This document shows, in pieces, positions 54,801-63,733 of a DNA stretch of 64,000 bases. The notes under the pieces are model-generated. The model was not told where the DNA came from. It did no database searches and was given only the letters and a program-made list of their open reading frames with translations. Every line of letters starts with the position of its first letter. The first letter of the stretch is position 1. Both the position numbers and the translations under genes were made by a program. Origin of the DNA: an uncultured Caulobacterales bacterium (GTDB lineage Bacteria; Pseudomonadota; Alphaproteobacteria; Caulobacterales; Caulobacteraceae); NCBI GenBank assembly GCA_903874895.1, contig CAIQUG010000007.1:24326-88325 (forward strand), read 5' to 3'.

Positions 54801-54936
54801 TCACCACGATGCGGGGGAAATCGATGCGCGGAAACAGGCTGACCGGCAGGGTCACCGCCCCCCCGATCCCGGCGGCGATCAGAAGGACAAAGGCCAGTAT
54901 GAGGGAGCGGGCGTGGCGGCCGAGCCAGTCGGTCAT
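51874..54936 (-). CDS. RND efflux transporter permease subunit
   Basis: 1020 aa with 12-TM AcrB-type architecture and two large periplasmic loops. 4-nt overlap with the upstream adaptor gene. Confidence 0.9.
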   Translation of the reverse strand: MTDWLGRHARSLILAFVLLIAAGIGGAVTLPVSLFPRIDFPRIVVSIDAGDRAADQMAAQVTRPLEQALRGVPGVGTIRSTTSRGSAEISLNFGWDRDMVTSLLQTEAAMTAALPDLPSGVRFTVRRMDPTVFPVLGLALTAPGRDPVSLRRIAELQLRPQLAAVSGVAGVEVLGGGRPEYQVLVDPARLQALGLAMDDLAHALSAANTVSAVGRLEDRHRLYLSLVDSRLQSTEDLAALPLRTGTGTSPGGLITLGQVAQIRAAPAPAWTRVTAQGRDAVLLNIRQTPTADSVALVRNIKTQLAEARATLPKDVAIATFYDQSELVTAAAGSVRDAILLGALLAGIVLFAFLRSWRLMLVTALLLPATLASACIVLSGMGMSFNMMTLGGMAAAVGLVVDDAVVMLEHMIRRFQSPASPEAPRGRDALLPAAAEMARPLIGSSLSTLVIFIPLAFLGGVTGGFFRALAVIMAAALALSLVFALFIAPLLARAWLRDAEVETAERADRAMSGPRQRYARLATDLLQRPGRLALVVIGVLLVSGTLANTRLASGFMPKMDEGGFVLDYKAHPGAALTETDRLVRQVEAILRATPDVDSYSRRTGVQLGGGLTEADEGDFFVHLRRGQRRSVEAVMAEVRQKIQAGAPGLDIETAQLMEDLIGDLTAVPQPIEIKLYGSDAASLREAAALVAPAVGKIRGVVEVVDGLRLAGDALTVRVNRPAATLNGLDPDAVAHQLTSLIEGQVVTQVQKGETVIDVRLWTAPALRDRIAAISALRLRAPDGRDVPLTAVATVAVDPGQAQITRENLQPFLDVTGRLEGRDLGSAMGEVRRTVAGLTLPPGVRVDYGGLYAQQQASFADLTLVFGAALMLVSLLLLYLFERWAAVVSVIGVVLAAAAAVFIGLFVTGTELNISALMGLTMVVGVVAELAVFFLAELAPGAAVTPDGLIEAGAARLRPILMSAVIAILALSPLALGLGEGAAMQKPLAIAIISGLVAGAPLVLFVLPAAYLALMRMFNGRD

Positions 54937-56027
54937 GGCTGGTCCGGCTTCCCGTCGCCCTTGCCGGCGGCCGGCTCGGCCCCGGGCGTCGCACCTTCAC
55001 GCACGGCCATGCCGTCCTCGAGCACGGCGGCCCCGTCGACGACCACGGTCTCGCCGACCTTCACCCCCTCGAGGATCGCGATCTTGTCGTCCCGCTCGGG
55101 ACCCAGCTTCACGGCGCGTTTGTGGGCCACGCCCTTCTGCACCACGAACAGGCTGGCCCCGTCGGCCTCATAGACCACGGCGGCCCTTGGCGCGGCGGGA
55201 CCGTCGGCCCGGGTGAGCGCGATCTCGCCCTTCAGCGGCTGGCCGGCGGCCAGATGGCCCTGCACCTTGACCAGCACGGCGGCCAGGCGGGTCTGCGGGT
55301 CGATCCGCGGCTCCACCGCACTGACCCGTCCCTCGCCGAGGTTCTCGCCCCCGAGGCCCGTCAGCCGGACCACGGCACCCGGCCGTACCTTGCGGACATC
55401 GGCACCGTCCAGGCCCAGGCGCACCCGCAGGGCCCCCAGATCGCCGATCTTGCCGAGGGGCGCGCCCTGGGCCAGCTGGTCGCCGGGGGCCACGGTCAGG
55501 GTCTCCACCACACCGGCGGCGGGGGCCTTCAGCTCCCGCTGGGCAGCGGCGCGTTGTTGCAGGGAGACATGGGCGGCGGCGGCGGTGATCTGCGTGGCCC
55601 GGGCGGCCTCCACATCCCCATCGCTGGCGAGGCCGGTGGCGCGCAGACGCTGGACGCGCTTCAGGGCGCGGTCCGCCACATCCAGATCACTGGCGGCCTT
55701 CTTCAGGTCGAGCTCCGCCTGCGGCGAGGGTTTGAGCCGCACCAGGGGCTGGCCTTGAGTCACTTCGGTTCCGGCCGAGACCAATACCGCCTCTACGGTC
55801 GCTTCGGTGGCGGCGGTCAGCGAGCGCTCGCCGGCGGGCGCCACCTCCGCGGTTCCGAACGCCGTCAGGGTTCCGTCCAGCTGGGCCCGTTGCAGCACGG
55901 CAGTGGACACCAGCGCCACGGGCTTTGCGGCCTCGTCGGCTTTTTCAGCGCCGGAGCAGCCCGCCAGCCCCATCAGGCCGACGGCAAGAAGCGCAGCACG
56001 CGCTGGGGTCATGAGGCAGGCCTTCAT
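54933..56027 (-). CDS. RND efflux periplasmic adaptor (MFP) lipoprotein
   Basis: 364 aa from the ATG at 56027. Lipobox GLAGCSG. Coiled-coil hairpin region and a barrel-sandwich GQPLVRL motif. Its ATG overlaps the OMF stop (ATGA). Confidence 0.85.
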   Translation of the reverse strand: MKACLMTPARAALLAVGLMGLAGCSGAEKADEAAKPVALVSTAVLQRAQLDGTLTAFGTAEVAPAGERSLTAATEATVEAVLVSAGTEVTQGQPLVRLKPSPQAELDLKKAASDLDVADRALKRVQRLRATGLASDGDVEAARATQITAAAAHVSLQQRAAAQRELKAPAAGVVETLTVAPGDQLAQGAPLGKIGDLGALRVRLGLDGADVRKVRPGAVVRLTGLGGENLGEGRVSAVEPRIDPQTRLAAVLVKVQGHLAAGQPLKGEIALTRADGPAAPRAAVVYEADGASLFVVQKGVAHKRAVKLGPERDDKIAILEGVKVGETVVVDGAAVLEDGMAVREGATPGAEPAAGKGDGKPDQP

Positions 56028-57412
56028 GGGGTTGCAAGAGGAGGCTGGATGAGGAGGGGCGCGCCGGTGGCCAGCTCCAGGCCCACGGTCAGCTCCACCA
56101 GTGACTGGTCGAGGGTGATCAGGGCGGCGAGCTTGTCCCGGACAGACTGGCGTACGGCCTCCGCGGCGGTGAGGGACAGGTCCCCCCGTCCGGCGGCCGC
56201 ATCGGCGGCACCGGAGCTTTCCAGGAGGGGCGTCACCTGCCGCAGGGTCAGGTCCCGTTGGGCCTCGGTGCGGGCCAGTGCCGCGACCAGGGCTGTGATG
56301 TCGCTGCGGGTCTGGAACAGCCGGGCAGCATAGTCGGCGCGCAGGGCGTCGCGGGTGGCCCGGGCCTCGGCGATCGGACCCCGGTTCCGGTTCCACAGGG
56401 GCAGGGTCAGGCTGATGCCCGGTCCCAGGGTCTTGTTGTTGGCCGTGTCCGTCGCCTGGTTGAGACTGAAGGCGAGGGACGGGAAGGCGTCGCGCACGGC
56501 CTTGCGGACGGTCACATTCTGGCTGTCATAGCCCGCCCGCAGGGCCCGCAGGTCCAGACGCTGGGTCCTCGCCCTGGCGAACAGGGCTGCCGGATCCAGG
56601 ACTTGCGTCGCATGGGCGGCGGGGGCCAGCCGCAACACCGTGTCGGGCCGCAGGCCCAGGAGGGCGTTCAGGTCGATGCGGGCTTGATCGCGATCCCGGG
56701 CTGTCTGGGTCGCGCGGTCCGCCGCATCCAGCGCCGCCAGACGACGGGCGGTGAGGTCGTCCGCCTTCAGGTCGCCCCGGGCGGCGGCCTGGACCGTGTG
56801 GGCGAGGGTGCCGGCCGTCTCCTGCCGGGTCCGTTCCGCCAGAACCGCCAGGCCCTCCGTCGCCTGAACCCGTCCCGCCAGCAGGCGTGCCTGTTCCGCC
56901 AAGGCCCATTCCTGCCAGGCCAGGTCGAGGCGGACCTGCCGCTGGTTGGCCTTGGCCCCCTTCACGGCCAGGCCCCGGTCGCGGATCGCGGTCAGCTCGT
57001 AGCCGATCTGCGCGGCCCAGCCATTGCCCTGATCCGGCCCGGAGAGGCGCAGGTCGGTGGAGGCCCCGACGGTCGGGTCCGGCAGCAGGCCGGCGGTCAG
57101 GACCTGGGCGTCGGCGATCTTCGCCCGGGCCCGGGCGGCCTTCAGATCGGGATTGGCGAGGACGGCCAGCACGGCCACGGCGTCGGAGCTGAGGGGCTTG
57201 GCCGGATCAAGGACGACGGGCTTCAGAACCGGGTGGCGCAGGGCCGCCGCGGGGGCAACCAGCCGGGCAAGGTCCGGCCCCGCGAGAGTCTCGTCCGCGG
57301 CGGTATCGAGGGACGGGGGCAGTGGCGTCACGCAGCCCGCCAGCCCCGCCATGGCGGTGGCTCCGGCGAGGAGGGCGGTCAGGGACCTCAGCCTGTCATG
57401 CAGTTTCGCCAT
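56024..57412 (-). CDS. outer-membrane efflux protein (TolC/OMF family) lipoprotein
   Basis: Start at the ATG at 57412. Lipobox MAGLAGC. Two repeated helical halves typical of the OEP family. Confidence 0.85.
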   Translation of the reverse strand: MAKLHDRLRSLTALLAGATAMAGLAGCVTPLPPSLDTAADETLAGPDLARLVAPAAALRHPVLKPVVLDPAKPLSSDAVAVLAVLANPDLKAARARAKIADAQVLTAGLLPDPTVGASTDLRLSGPDQGNGWAAQIGYELTAIRDRGLAVKGAKANQRQVRLDLAWQEWALAEQARLLAGRVQATEGLAVLAERTRQETAGTLAHTVQAAARGDLKADDLTARRLAALDAADRATQTARDRDQARIDLNALLGLRPDTVLRLAPAAHATQVLDPAALFARARTQRLDLRALRAGYDSQNVTVRKAVRDAFPSLAFSLNQATDTANNKTLGPGISLTLPLWNRNRGPIAEARATRDALRADYAARLFQTRSDITALVAALARTEAQRDLTLRQVTPLLESSGAADAAAGRGDLSLTAAEAVRQSVRDKLAALITLDQSLVELTVGLELATGAPLLIQPPLATP

Positions 57413-57510
57413 GGGGCGGAATCGGAACCGTGGATGCCGGGGCACAGGCTACTGCTTTGGCGGATAGTCCCTTCCACGACAAGGCCGTTCGTCGCGCCGT
57501 CGCAAATAGT

Positions 57511-58410
57511 TCAAGCTGTGACCAGCCGCGCGGCATTGGCCGCGATGGCCTCGATGATCGGGTCCCACAGCTCGGCGGGGATGTCATGGCCCATGCCCGG
57601 AAACTCGACCCACACGGCCCCCGGGATGTTGGCGGCGGTATCGCGTCCGCCGCTGACCGGGACCAGGGGGTCATCTGTCCCGTGGATCACCGTGGTCGGG
57701 GCGGTGATCTTGCGGACCCGCTCCCGCCGGTTGCCGGAGGCGACGATGGCGGCGTACTGGCGGGCGAAGCCCACAGGATAGTAGCACCGCTCGACCGTCG
57801 CGATGGCCTCGGCCCGAAGCTTCTCGTCCGTGGCGGGATAGCCGGGGGAGCCCATGACGCGGGAACTGGCGATGGAATGGGCGACGTAGGCCTCGAGGTC
57901 CGTACGGGGGTCCGGGGCGGGGAGGGTCAGACGGGTCATGGCCTCCGGCGTCGCCGGGGGCAGGTCCGGGTGGCCGGTGGTGGAGAAGATCGAGGTCAGG
58001 GTGAGGGTCTTGTGCGGATGGTCCGCCGCCACCAGCTGGGCGATCATCCCGCCCATGGAGGCCCCGACGATATGCGCCTTGTCGATCCCCAGCGCATCGA
58101 GCAGGCCGACCGCGTCCCTGGCCATGTCGTCCAGGGTATAGGCCACCGGCGGGGCCTGGCCGGCGGCCCGGGCGGCCATGATGGCCGGCAGGTCCGGCCG
58201 ACCCGCCGCCTCGAGCTTTTCCGACAGGCCCACATCGCGGTTGTCGAAGCGGATCACGCGGAAGCCCCGGGCGGCCAGCCGGTCCACGAAGCCCTGCGGC
58301 CAGCGGATGAGCTGGGCGCCCAGTCCCATGATCGCCAGCAACGGCCGGGCGTCCGCCGCCCCGTCGATCACATATTCCAGCTCGATGCCATTGGCCTTGA
58401 TGCGGGGCAT
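57511..58410 (-). CDS. alpha/beta-fold hydrolase
   Basis: 299 aa. Nucleophile elbow GASMGG and a C-terminal GMGHD. Confidence 0.85.
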   Translation of the reverse strand: MPRIKANGIELEYVIDGAADARPLLAIMGLGAQLIRWPQGFVDRLAARGFRVIRFDNRDVGLSEKLEAAGRPDLPAIMAARAAGQAPPVAYTLDDMARDAVGLLDALGIDKAHIVGASMGGMIAQLVAADHPHKTLTLTSIFSTTGHPDLPPATPEAMTRLTLPAPDPRTDLEAYVAHSIASSRVMGSPGYPATDEKLRAEAIATVERCYYPVGFARQYAAIVASGNRRERVRKITAPTTVIHGTDDPLVPVSGGRDTAANIPGAVWVEFPGMGHDIPAELWDPIIEAIAANAARLVTA

Positions 58411-58456
58411 GAAGGTATCCTGTCTAGTCGTTGATCTTGTTGCTGTCTTTCCCGGG

Positions 58457-60064
58457 TCAGGCCGAGACGCCGAGCACGGCCTTGGCGAAATCCGTCGCGG
58501 ACTTGTAGTCGGCCTTGCCGTTGGGAGCCCGGAGATTGACCTCCCCCGTGACGATCCGCTTCGGTGACTTGTAGGGGGCCAGATGCTGGCGGACGTGGTG
58601 CACCAGCGCGCCTTCGTCGAGGGTGTGGCCGGGGTGCAGGTGCACGACGCCGGTGACGGACTGGCCCCATTTGGGGTCCGGCAGGCCGACCACCAGGGCG
58701 TCGGCCACGCTGGGATGGGTCTTCAGCGCCTCTTCCACCTCTTCCGGGAACACCTTCTCGCCGGCGGTGTTGATGCAGGCCGAGCCGCGACCCAGCAGGG
58801 TGAGGGAACCGTCGGCTTCCACGAGGCACCAGTCGCCGGGAACGGAGTAGCGGACACCATTGATCATCCGGAAGGTCCGGGCGGTCTTTTCCGGGTCCTT
58901 GTAATACCCCACGGGGCCCGGCGGACCGACGGCCACGACGCCCTTGACGCCGGAGCCGGGCAGGACCGGCTGGTCGTTCTCGTCGAACACCCGGGCCCGC
59001 TCGCCCAGGGCGAACTTGGCCGTCTGGATCTCTCCCGCCGCCGTCATGAGGGACGTGCCAAGCCCCAGGGCCTCGGAGGAGGAAAAGGCATCCCCCAGGA
59101 TCGCCTGCGGCATGTGCTTCAGAAGCGTGCGCTTGACCTCCAGGCTCCACATCACGCCGGAGGAGGTGACACGGGCGACGCTGGAGACATCCCAGCGGCC
59201 GGGGTCCCGCTCCAGCGCCTCGGCAATCGGCCGGGCGAAGGGGTCGCCGACGATGGTCAGGCTGCCGGGCTTCCAGCGGTCGATGGTGTCCAGCATTTCC
59301 TCGGCATTGAAGTGCAGGCTGGGCAGGGTGATCACCGCGCCTCCGGCCAGCATGGCACCGATGGCGGTGAGCAGGCCCGTTCCGTGCATGAGCGGCGGGG
59401 CGATGACGCTGGGGGGCGGCGGGCCCGCGGCGCGGGTCGCGGCCAGCAGCTCGTCCATGGTCAGGGGCACTGGTCCCAGCACCTGGGCGGACATGATGGT
59501 GATCTGGCGCAGGTCGTTCTGGGTCCACATCACGCCCTTGGGCATGCCGGTGGTGCCGCCGGTATAGATGAACATCATGTCGTCGGGGCTGCGCTGGATA
59601 TCCAGCGGCGAGCCGTCACCGGTCTCGCACAGGGTCTCGAAGCTCTCGGCGAAGTCGCAGCCCTCACCCACCTCGATGAAGGTCTTCACCTGGGTCAGGC
59701 GGTCGCGGATGGCATTGATGTTATCGCGGAACTCCCGTCCGTAAACCACGGTCTTCGCATCGGAATTGTCGAAGATGTAGAACACCTCGTCCGCGGTATA
59801 GCGGTAGTTCACGTTCACATGCACCTGCCGCGCCTTGAAGGCGGCGGCGAGGGTCTCGCAATATTCCGGCCGGTTGTGCATGTAGAAGGCGATCTTGTCG
59901 CCGGGTTCCGCTCCGCGGGCCAGGATCGCCCGGGCGAGCCGGTTGGAGCGCTTCGTCGCCTCGCCCCAGTTGATGACCCGGTCGCCATGGATATAGGCGG
60001 GCGCTTCCGGGGGAACGACCGTGGAAATGCCGTCCAGTATGTCGCCGTAGTTCCAGAGAACCAT
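58457..60064 (-). CDS. acyl-CoA synthetase (AMP-binding family)
   Basis: 535 aa. YTGGTTGMPKGV, the GDW... region, and the terminal PNGKADY. Confidence 0.9.
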   Translation of the reverse strand: MVLWNYGDILDGISTVVPPEAPAYIHGDRVINWGEATKRSNRLARAILARGAEPGDKIAFYMHNRPEYCETLAAAFKARQVHVNVNYRYTADEVFYIFDNSDAKTVVYGREFRDNINAIRDRLTQVKTFIEVGEGCDFAESFETLCETGDGSPLDIQRSPDDMMFIYTGGTTGMPKGVMWTQNDLRQITIMSAQVLGPVPLTMDELLAATRAAGPPPPSVIAPPLMHGTGLLTAIGAMLAGGAVITLPSLHFNAEEMLDTIDRWKPGSLTIVGDPFARPIAEALERDPGRWDVSSVARVTSSGVMWSLEVKRTLLKHMPQAILGDAFSSSEALGLGTSLMTAAGEIQTAKFALGERARVFDENDQPVLPGSGVKGVVAVGPPGPVGYYKDPEKTARTFRMINGVRYSVPGDWCLVEADGSLTLLGRGSACINTAGEKVFPEEVEEALKTHPSVADALVVGLPDPKWGQSVTGVVHLHPGHTLDEGALVHHVRQHLAPYKSPKRIVTGEVNLRAPNGKADYKSATDFAKAVLGVSA

Positions 60065-60166
60065 GCCGTGTCACTCCCTGTGGTCTTTTCCAGCGGTCCG
60101 GATCGAGCCGGACGCCGTGGTGTTTGGACGCATATGATCAGAGCCCGGCGGCCCTGACAAATCCCA

Positions 60167-61258
60167 TCACGCAGGGATGAAGCCCTGCGCCACGGCCGCG
60201 TCCCGGCGCGCCCGCTCCGGCGCACCCAGCAGCTGCCGGTCGAGCCCGATGCGCTTGAAGGCGTAGTGCAGGCCCAGAAGGTCGGTGATGCCGATGCCGC
60301 CGAACACCTCCGTGGCCGTGCGGGCGACAAAGCGACCCACGTCCCCCAGATGGGCCTTGGCGTGGGCCGCCGTCAGCGTGGCCTCGCCGGGCAGGGCGTC
60401 CTGGGCATAGGCGGCATACCAGACCAGCGCCCGGGCAGGCTCCAGCTCCGCCGCCATTTCGGCGCACAGGTGCTTCACGGCCTGGAAGGAACCGATCACC
60501 CGGCCGAACTGTTTCCGGTCCGCCGCATAGGCGACCGCACGTTCCAGCATGCGCTGGGCGGCCCCCAGGGTGTCGGCGGCCAGCAGAACCCGGCCCACGT
60601 CCCGCATCCGGGCGAGGGCCGCACGGCTGTCCCCCTCCGGCAGTCGCTCCGCCAGGACCTCGCCGAACACCAGTTCTCCCACGGAGCGGGTGCGGTCGAT
60701 GGTGGTGAGGGCCGTCCGGGTCAGGCCCGGCGCGTCAGCGGGCACCAGATGCAGGCCGCCGGTCTCGTCGGCCACGATGAAGGCGGCGGCATCGGCAAAA
60801 TCGAGGACGAACAGGGCCTGACCGGACAGCCGGCCGTTCTCGGCCCGCACACCCGCGGCCATCCGGGCGCCGCTGGCAGGCTCGGAAATGGCCACGCCGA
60901 AGCTGGCCTCCCCCGACGCGATCAGGGGGAGCCAGACGGCCTTCTGCCCCTCGGACCCGCACAGGTCGAGGGCGATGGCCGCGAGGGCCGGACCGAGGAA
61001 GGGGGCGCAGGCCGTGTGCCGGCCCAGGGTTTCTGCGAGCAGCGCCGCGTCGAGCACGCCGAGGCCCAGGCCCCCATGGGCTTCGGGGACCAGCACGGCG
61101 GGGGCCCCCAGCTCCGCCAGGGCGGCCCGGACCTCGGGGGCGGTGGGCAGGTCCTGGGCGGCGATCTGGCGGACGCGGTCGAGGGGGGCGACCCGCTCCA
61201 GCGTGCGGTCGAGGCTGTCCTGCATGGCGATCTGGTCGGGGGAGAGGGCGAAATCCAT
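60167..61258 (-). CDS. acyl-CoA dehydrogenase family protein (short, 363 aa)
   Basis: ACAD fold. Middle domain: ISEPASGA. C-terminal helical domain: RKQFGRVIGSFQAVKH. Confidence 0.85.
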   Translation of the reverse strand: MDFALSPDQIAMQDSLDRTLERVAPLDRVRQIAAQDLPTAPEVRAALAELGAPAVLVPEAHGGLGLGVLDAALLAETLGRHTACAPFLGPALAAIALDLCGSEGQKAVWLPLIASGEASFGVAISEPASGARMAAGVRAENGRLSGQALFVLDFADAAAFIVADETGGLHLVPADAPGLTRTALTTIDRTRSVGELVFGEVLAERLPEGDSRAALARMRDVGRVLLAADTLGAAQRMLERAVAYAADRKQFGRVIGSFQAVKHLCAEMAAELEPARALVWYAAYAQDALPGEATLTAAHAKAHLGDVGRFVARTATEVFGGIGITDLLGLHYAFKRIGLDRQLLGAPERARRDAAVAQGFIPA

Positions 61259-61271
61259 GATCTGCGCGTCC

Positions 61272-62462
61272 TCAAACCTTGGCCAGCTTGGGTTCCCGGG
61301 GCATGCCCAGCCCCCGCTCGGCGATGATGTTCTTCTGGATCTGGGCGGTCCCTCCGCCGATGATCAGACCGAGGTCGAACATGTAGCGATGCTGCCAGAC
61401 CCCGCCGTCCCGCTGGTGCGGACTGCCGTGATAGAGCACTCCCAGCTCGCCCAGGGCATCGATGGCCAGCGCCGCCAGCTGGTGGTTCAGCTCGCACCCC
61501 TGCAGCTTGACGATCAGTCCGGCCATTCCCACCGGCTCCTTTCGCTGGGCGGCGGTGAGCAGGCGCAGGCCATTGGCCTGCATGGAGATCACCCGGGCCT
61601 GCAGCTGCATCAGCCGGTCGAGATAGAGGGGGTGGTCCATCAGCCGCTGGCCGTCCAGCGTCTCCGTCTTCAGGATCTCGATGATCGCCTGCAGCCGGGC
61701 ATGGGCGGCATTGGGGTCGCCGAGCATGCCGCGCTCGTGCTTCAGGGTCGCATTGGCCACGAACCAGCCCTGGCCGCGGCCGCCGACGATCTGGGTCTTG
61801 GGGACCTTCACGTCGGTGAAGAACACCTCGTTGAACTCCGCCGCCCCGGTCATGGTCAGCAGGGGGCGGACCTCGATCCCCGGGGTCTTCATGGAGAAGA
61901 TCAGATAGCTGATCCCCTCATGCTTGGGTGCGTCGGGCTCGGTCCGGACGAGGCAGAAGATCATGTCCGCCGCATGGGCTGTGGAGGTCCAGATCTTCTG
62001 GCCGTTGATGATGAAGTTCTCCCCGTCGTCCTCGCCGCGGGTGGTCAGGGACGCGAGGTCGGAGCCGGCACCCGGCTCGGAATAGCCCTGGCACCAGACC
62101 AGCTCGCCCCGCAGGGTCGGCGGGATCAGGGTGGTCTTCTGCGCCTCGGTCCCCAGCTCCAGCAGGGTGGGCACCAGCATGGAGATGCCCTGGTTGGCGA
62201 GCCCGCCCGGTGCGCCGGCCTCGGCGAAGGCTTCGGCGATGATGCGGGACTTCAGGATGTCGGGCTCTGCCCCGTGACCGCCGTAGGCCTCCGGGATCGT
62301 CCGGGCGGCGTAGCCGTGTTCGATCAGCAGGGTCTGCCAGGCGATCTGCTCGTCCGTGGGCCGATGACCGGAGCGCTTCGGCATGCGGTCCCGATGGGTG
62401 CGGAGAAAGTCGCGGACCTCATCACGGAACACCGTGTAGGTCGCGTCATAGGCCAGATCCAT
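61272..62462 (-). CDS. acyl-CoA dehydrogenase family protein
   Basis: ACAD motifs YSEPGAGSDL and GQKIWTS. Start set at the ATG at 62462, 9 nt after GAAGG. Confidence 0.85.
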   Translation of the reverse strand: MDLAYDATYTVFRDEVRDFLRTHRDRMPKRSGHRPTDEQIAWQTLLIEHGYAARTIPEAYGGHGAEPDILKSRIIAEAFAEAGAPGGLANQGISMLVPTLLELGTEAQKTTLIPPTLRGELVWCQGYSEPGAGSDLASLTTRGEDDGENFIINGQKIWTSTAHAADMIFCLVRTEPDAPKHEGISYLIFSMKTPGIEVRPLLTMTGAAEFNEVFFTDVKVPKTQIVGGRGQGWFVANATLKHERGMLGDPNAAHARLQAIIEILKTETLDGQRLMDHPLYLDRLMQLQARVISMQANGLRLLTAAQRKEPVGMAGLIVKLQGCELNHQLAALAIDALGELGVLYHGSPHQRDGGVWQHRYMFDLGLIIGGGTAQIQKNIIAERGLGMPREPKLAKV

Positions 62463-62566
62463 CCCGAACATCCTTCTTGTTGCGACCAGCACACTCGGGC
62501 AGGGGGATGGTGTCAAGGCCGACGCAGGGGCAACCTGCGGCCGGAGCGAACAGGGAACCCGCGGGC

Positions 62567-63733
62567 ATGAAGACCTACCGGATCGGCGTCATCGGACTGG
62601 GGCAGCGGATCGCCCATGTGCTGCTGGCCATGCGCGACGAGGGCTGGCGCTACGAGGTGGTGGCGCATTGCGATCCCGCTCCGGTGGGCCAGCCGATCCT
62701 CGCCGCCGCCGGGGTCGGGATGGGGGTCGCCTGTGCCTCCGAGGCGGAGCTCGCGGCGCGGGGCCCCTTCGACCTGCTGATGATCGGATCCCCCAATCAC
62801 CTGCACCTGGCGCATCTGCACTTTGCCCTCACCCTGGGCTGCCCGGTGTTCACCGAGAAGCCCATCGTCCGGACCGAGGCGGAGAGCTTCGAACTGGCCG
62901 CCAAGCTCGGCCGCACGGAGACGCCGCCCCTGTTCGTGGGCCTGGTCATGCGCTCCATGCCCATCGTGCGGGAGGTGATCCGCCGGGTGGACGAGGGGCA
63001 GCTCGGGCGGCTGGTGTCCATCGACGCGACGGAGCACCTGCATCCCGAGCATGGGGGCTATCTCGCCCGCAACTGGCGGCGGCGGAAGGACTGGGGCGGC
63101 TCCTACCTCCTCGACAAGGTCTGCCACGACTTCGACATCTTCAACCGGCTGGCGGGCGCGCGGCCCGCGCGGGTGGCAAGCTTCGGCGGGCGGTCGATCT
63201 TCACGCCGGAGGAGGCCGCGCGGCCCCGCACCTATGACGACGGCCAGCCCGCCTATGTCATGCACGATGCGGGCTGGTCCGGGGCCAACGATGCGTTCCA
63301 GTCCGACATGGACGTGACGGATCACCAGACGGCGATGGTGGAGTATGCCAGTGGCCTGCGCCTGTCCTTCCACGCCAACAGCCACGTGGCCCTGCAGGAG
63401 CGCCGCTGGTACCTGGCGGGGACAGAGGGGACGCTGGTGGCGGACCTCGTCCGCAACCGGCTGACCTTCCGTCGCACCCTCGCCCGCGGTCGGCCGGAGA
63501 AGATGGAGTTCGGGCACCTGACCGACGACAACCACAACGGGGCCGACCAGGCCATGGCCCGGGACCTGAAGGCGACGCTGGAGACCGGCGCGACCTTCCC
63601 CGTGACCCCGGCCGATTCGCTGGTGGCGGGCCTGACGGTGATGGCCATCGACCAGGCCATGGACGAGGGGCGGGTGGTGGACTGCGGTCCCGTGTGGGCC
63701 GCTTATGACTCGGCGGCGTCCGGAATCGGCTGA
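62567..63733 (+). CDS. Gfo/Idh/MocA-family oxidoreductase
   Basis: Start at the ATG at 62567 (MKTYRIGVIGLGQRIAH). N-terminal Rossmann fold, and EKP in FTEKPI. Confidence 0.85.
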   Translation: MKTYRIGVIGLGQRIAHVLLAMRDEGWRYEVVAHCDPAPVGQPILAAAGVGMGVACASEAELAARGPFDLLMIGSPNHLHLAHLHFALTLGCPVFTEKPIVRTEAESFELAAKLGRTETPPLFVGLVMRSMPIVREVIRRVDEGQLGRLVSIDATEHLHPEHGGYLARNWRRRKDWGGSYLLDKVCHDFDIFNRLAGARPARVASFGGRSIFTPEEAARPRTYDDGQPAYVMHDAGWSGANDAFQSDMDVTDHQTAMVEYASGLRLSFHANSHVALQERRWYLAGTEGTLVADLVRNRLTFRRTLARGRPEKMEFGHLTDDNHNGADQAMARDLKATLETGATFPVTPADSLVAGLTVMAIDQAMDEGRVVDCGPVWAAYDSAASGIG

